DNA of 64,000 nucleotides from Candidatus Cloacimonadota bacterium (GTDB lineage Bacteria; Cloacimonadota; Cloacimonadia; G963667145): NCBI GenBank assembly GCA_963667145.1, contig OY762943.1, positions 498,122 to 562,121 of the forward strand, read 5' to 3'. Shown piece by piece: positions 62,301 to 64,000 of this stretch (position 1 is its first letter; each line of letters starts with the position of its first letter). The notes under the pieces were generated by a model. It saw only the letters and a program-made list of their open reading frames with translations, ran no database searches and was not told where the DNA came from. The position numbers and the translations under genes were made by a program.

Positions 62301-64000
62301 TTATCCCAGCCCTTTCAAAAGTCCCTCGACTTTGTCCATCTTACCTTTGACTTCAGCGTATTTGTCTTTTTCTTTGGCAACAATTTCAGAGGGTGCGGAG
62401 TTAACAAATTTATCGTTGCTCAGCTTACCCGAAATAACTTTGAACTCTTTTTCCAATTTGGCGAGTTGCTTTTGCAATTTATCTCGTTCCACTTGCAAAT
62501 CGACCATTCCAGCAAGTGGCAAATAAATTTCAACATTCTCCACCACTCCGGCAATCGCTTGTGCAGGCTTCTGCAAATCAACAGCCACCACCAACTCGAA
62601 ACAATTGGCAAGAGACTGCAAGTATTGTTTGTACTCCTCAAAAAGTGCAACTTGCTCTTCTTCAGCTACTTTGATATAAATTTTCACCTCTTTTGCAGGA
62701 GAAAGATTTACTTGCTTTTTCAAATTTCTAATCGTGGTGATGCTACCCTGAATTAAACTCATACCTTTGATAATTGCTTCATCTATCAAGCTGTTATCGA
62801 CATTCGGGAAAGCAGAAATCGTAATAGATTCCTCTAAGTCATCTCCCACAAACGGTCTGATTTTTTCAAAAATTTCCTCAGAGATGAAAGGCATGATAGG
62901 GTGCAACATTCTCATCGCTCCCTGCATAATCTCCAAAAGTACGTACTGAGCTGTGTTCTTGCGTGTAGCATTCTCACCGTAAATTCTCTCTTTGGACAAC
63001 TCCAAATACCATGAGCAAAACTCTTTCCACACAAAGTCTAACAGTGACGTTGCAACATCGTTAAATCGCAACTTCTCATAGTTGAAACGAACATGCTCCA
63101 GCACCTGATTAAATCTGCCCAAAATCCACTTGTCAGCCAATTCAAGCTGCAAATTATCTTTAGACGGAGCTTGCTCAATCCCTTGCAAAATATAGCGAGT
63201 TGCGTTCCAAAGTTTGTTGGTGAAATTGCGTCCCGTCTCCAAAATCTTATCCGAATAATAACTATCCTCGCCCTTGGGTGTATGATAAATAATCGCAAAC
63301 CGCAAAGCGTCAGCACCAACCTGCTCGATAAGGTCGAGCGGATTTGGAGAATTGCCAAGAGACTTACTCATCTTGCGTCCAAGCTCATCACGGACTATGC
63401 CATGCAACAAAACCGTATCAAACGCAACAACGTTCTTGAACTCCAGCGTGGTCATTATCATTCTGGCGACCCAAAGGTAAATGATTTCTGGAGCTGTAAT
63501 CAGGGTGCTTGTTGGCAAGTAGTATTGCAAATCTTCGGAATCGTCAGGCCATCCAAGAGTGGAAAAAGGCCACAACGCCGAAGAAAACCAAGTGTCCAAA
63601 ACGTCTTCATCTTGTGTTAATTTCTTGCAACCACAAGCTGAACATTCGCTTGGAACAGACTTGGCAACAACCATCTTCCCACAATCTTCACAATAGTAAG
63701 CTGGAATTCGATGTCCCCACCATATTTGTCTGGAGATGCACCAATCACGGACGTTCTCCATCCAGTGCAAATAAACTTTCGTCCATCTGCTCGGCTGAAA
63801 ATCTATCTCCCCATTCTTCACCTTCTCGATGGCAGGCTTAGCCAACGGCTCCATGCTCACAAACCATTGGTCGGACAAAAACGGCTCGATGATAGTGTTA
63901 CAGCGATAGCATTTCCCGACTGTGTGAGGATAATCTTTTTCACTGCAAAATACACCTTCGTCTTTGAGCATCGCAATCACTTTCTCCCTCGCCTCTTCTC
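62301..64000 (-). CDS. valS: Valine--tRNA ligase (5' end outside the window)
   Basis: DWCISRQIWWGHRIP, DVLDTWFSS, KMSKSLGN, C-terminal coiled coil. Confidence 0.97.
   Translation of the reverse strand, partial: EEAREKVIAMLKDEGVFCSEKDYPHTVGKCYRCNTIIEPFLSDQWFVSMEPLAKPAIEKVKNGEIDFQPSRWTKVYLHWMENVRDWCISRQIWWGHRIPAYYCEDCGKMVVAKSVPSECSACGCKKLTQDEDVLDTWFSSALWPFSTLGWPDDSEDLQYYLPTSTLITAPEIIYLWVARMIMTTLEFKNVVAFDTVLLHGIVRDELGRKMSKSLGNSPNPLDLIEQVGADALRFAIIYHTPKGEDSYYSDKILETGRNFTNKLWNATRYILQGIEQAPSKDNLQLELADKWILGRFNQVLEHVRFNYEKLRFNDVATSLLDFVWKEFCSWYLELSKERIYGENATRKNTAQYVLLEIMQGAMRMLHPIMPFISEEIFEKIRPFVGDDLEESITISAFPNVDNSLIDEAIIKGMSLIQGSITTIRNLKKQVNLSPAKEVKIYIKVAEEEQVALFEEYKQYLQSLANCFELVVAVDLQKPAQAIAGVVENVEIYLPLAGMVDLQVERDKLQKQLAKLEKEFKVISGKLSNDKFVNSAPSEIVAKEKDKYAEVKGKMDKVEGLLKGLG

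Overview
A 64-kb, AT-rich bacterial chromosome segment. The 16S sequence style and a FlgD-Ig-tailed secreted protein tentatively suggest a Cloacimonadota-like diderm anaerobe. It holds mostly housekeeping genes (aroC, priA, murI, purU, purB, moaC, greA, gltX, rlmD, rsgA, metE, xpt, mutS2, valS), one complete rRNA operon on the minus strand, four IS elements and an accessory region at about 32.3-45.5 kb (restriction-modification locus, GNAT, TfoX, CPBP, TetR, an IS-split DUF3800-like gene, a methyltransferase/ATP-grasp fusion). Four observations stand out. (1) Two independent insertions of an IS481-like element have 15-bp target duplications, sit exactly 19 bp from a TTGAC(A/G) -35-like hexamer, and use that hexamer's TGA as the transposase stop codon. 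(2) A BcgI-like RM gene is joined to a start-less specificity-subunit frame by a candidate -1 programmed frameshift signal. (3) Three 23S rRNA insertions share one terminal stem, and one of them carries a GIY-YIG nuclease gene. (4) A heptamer-repeat-flanked four-helix-bundle gene sits in the rRNA spacer. All calls were made by eye; no database searches were run.
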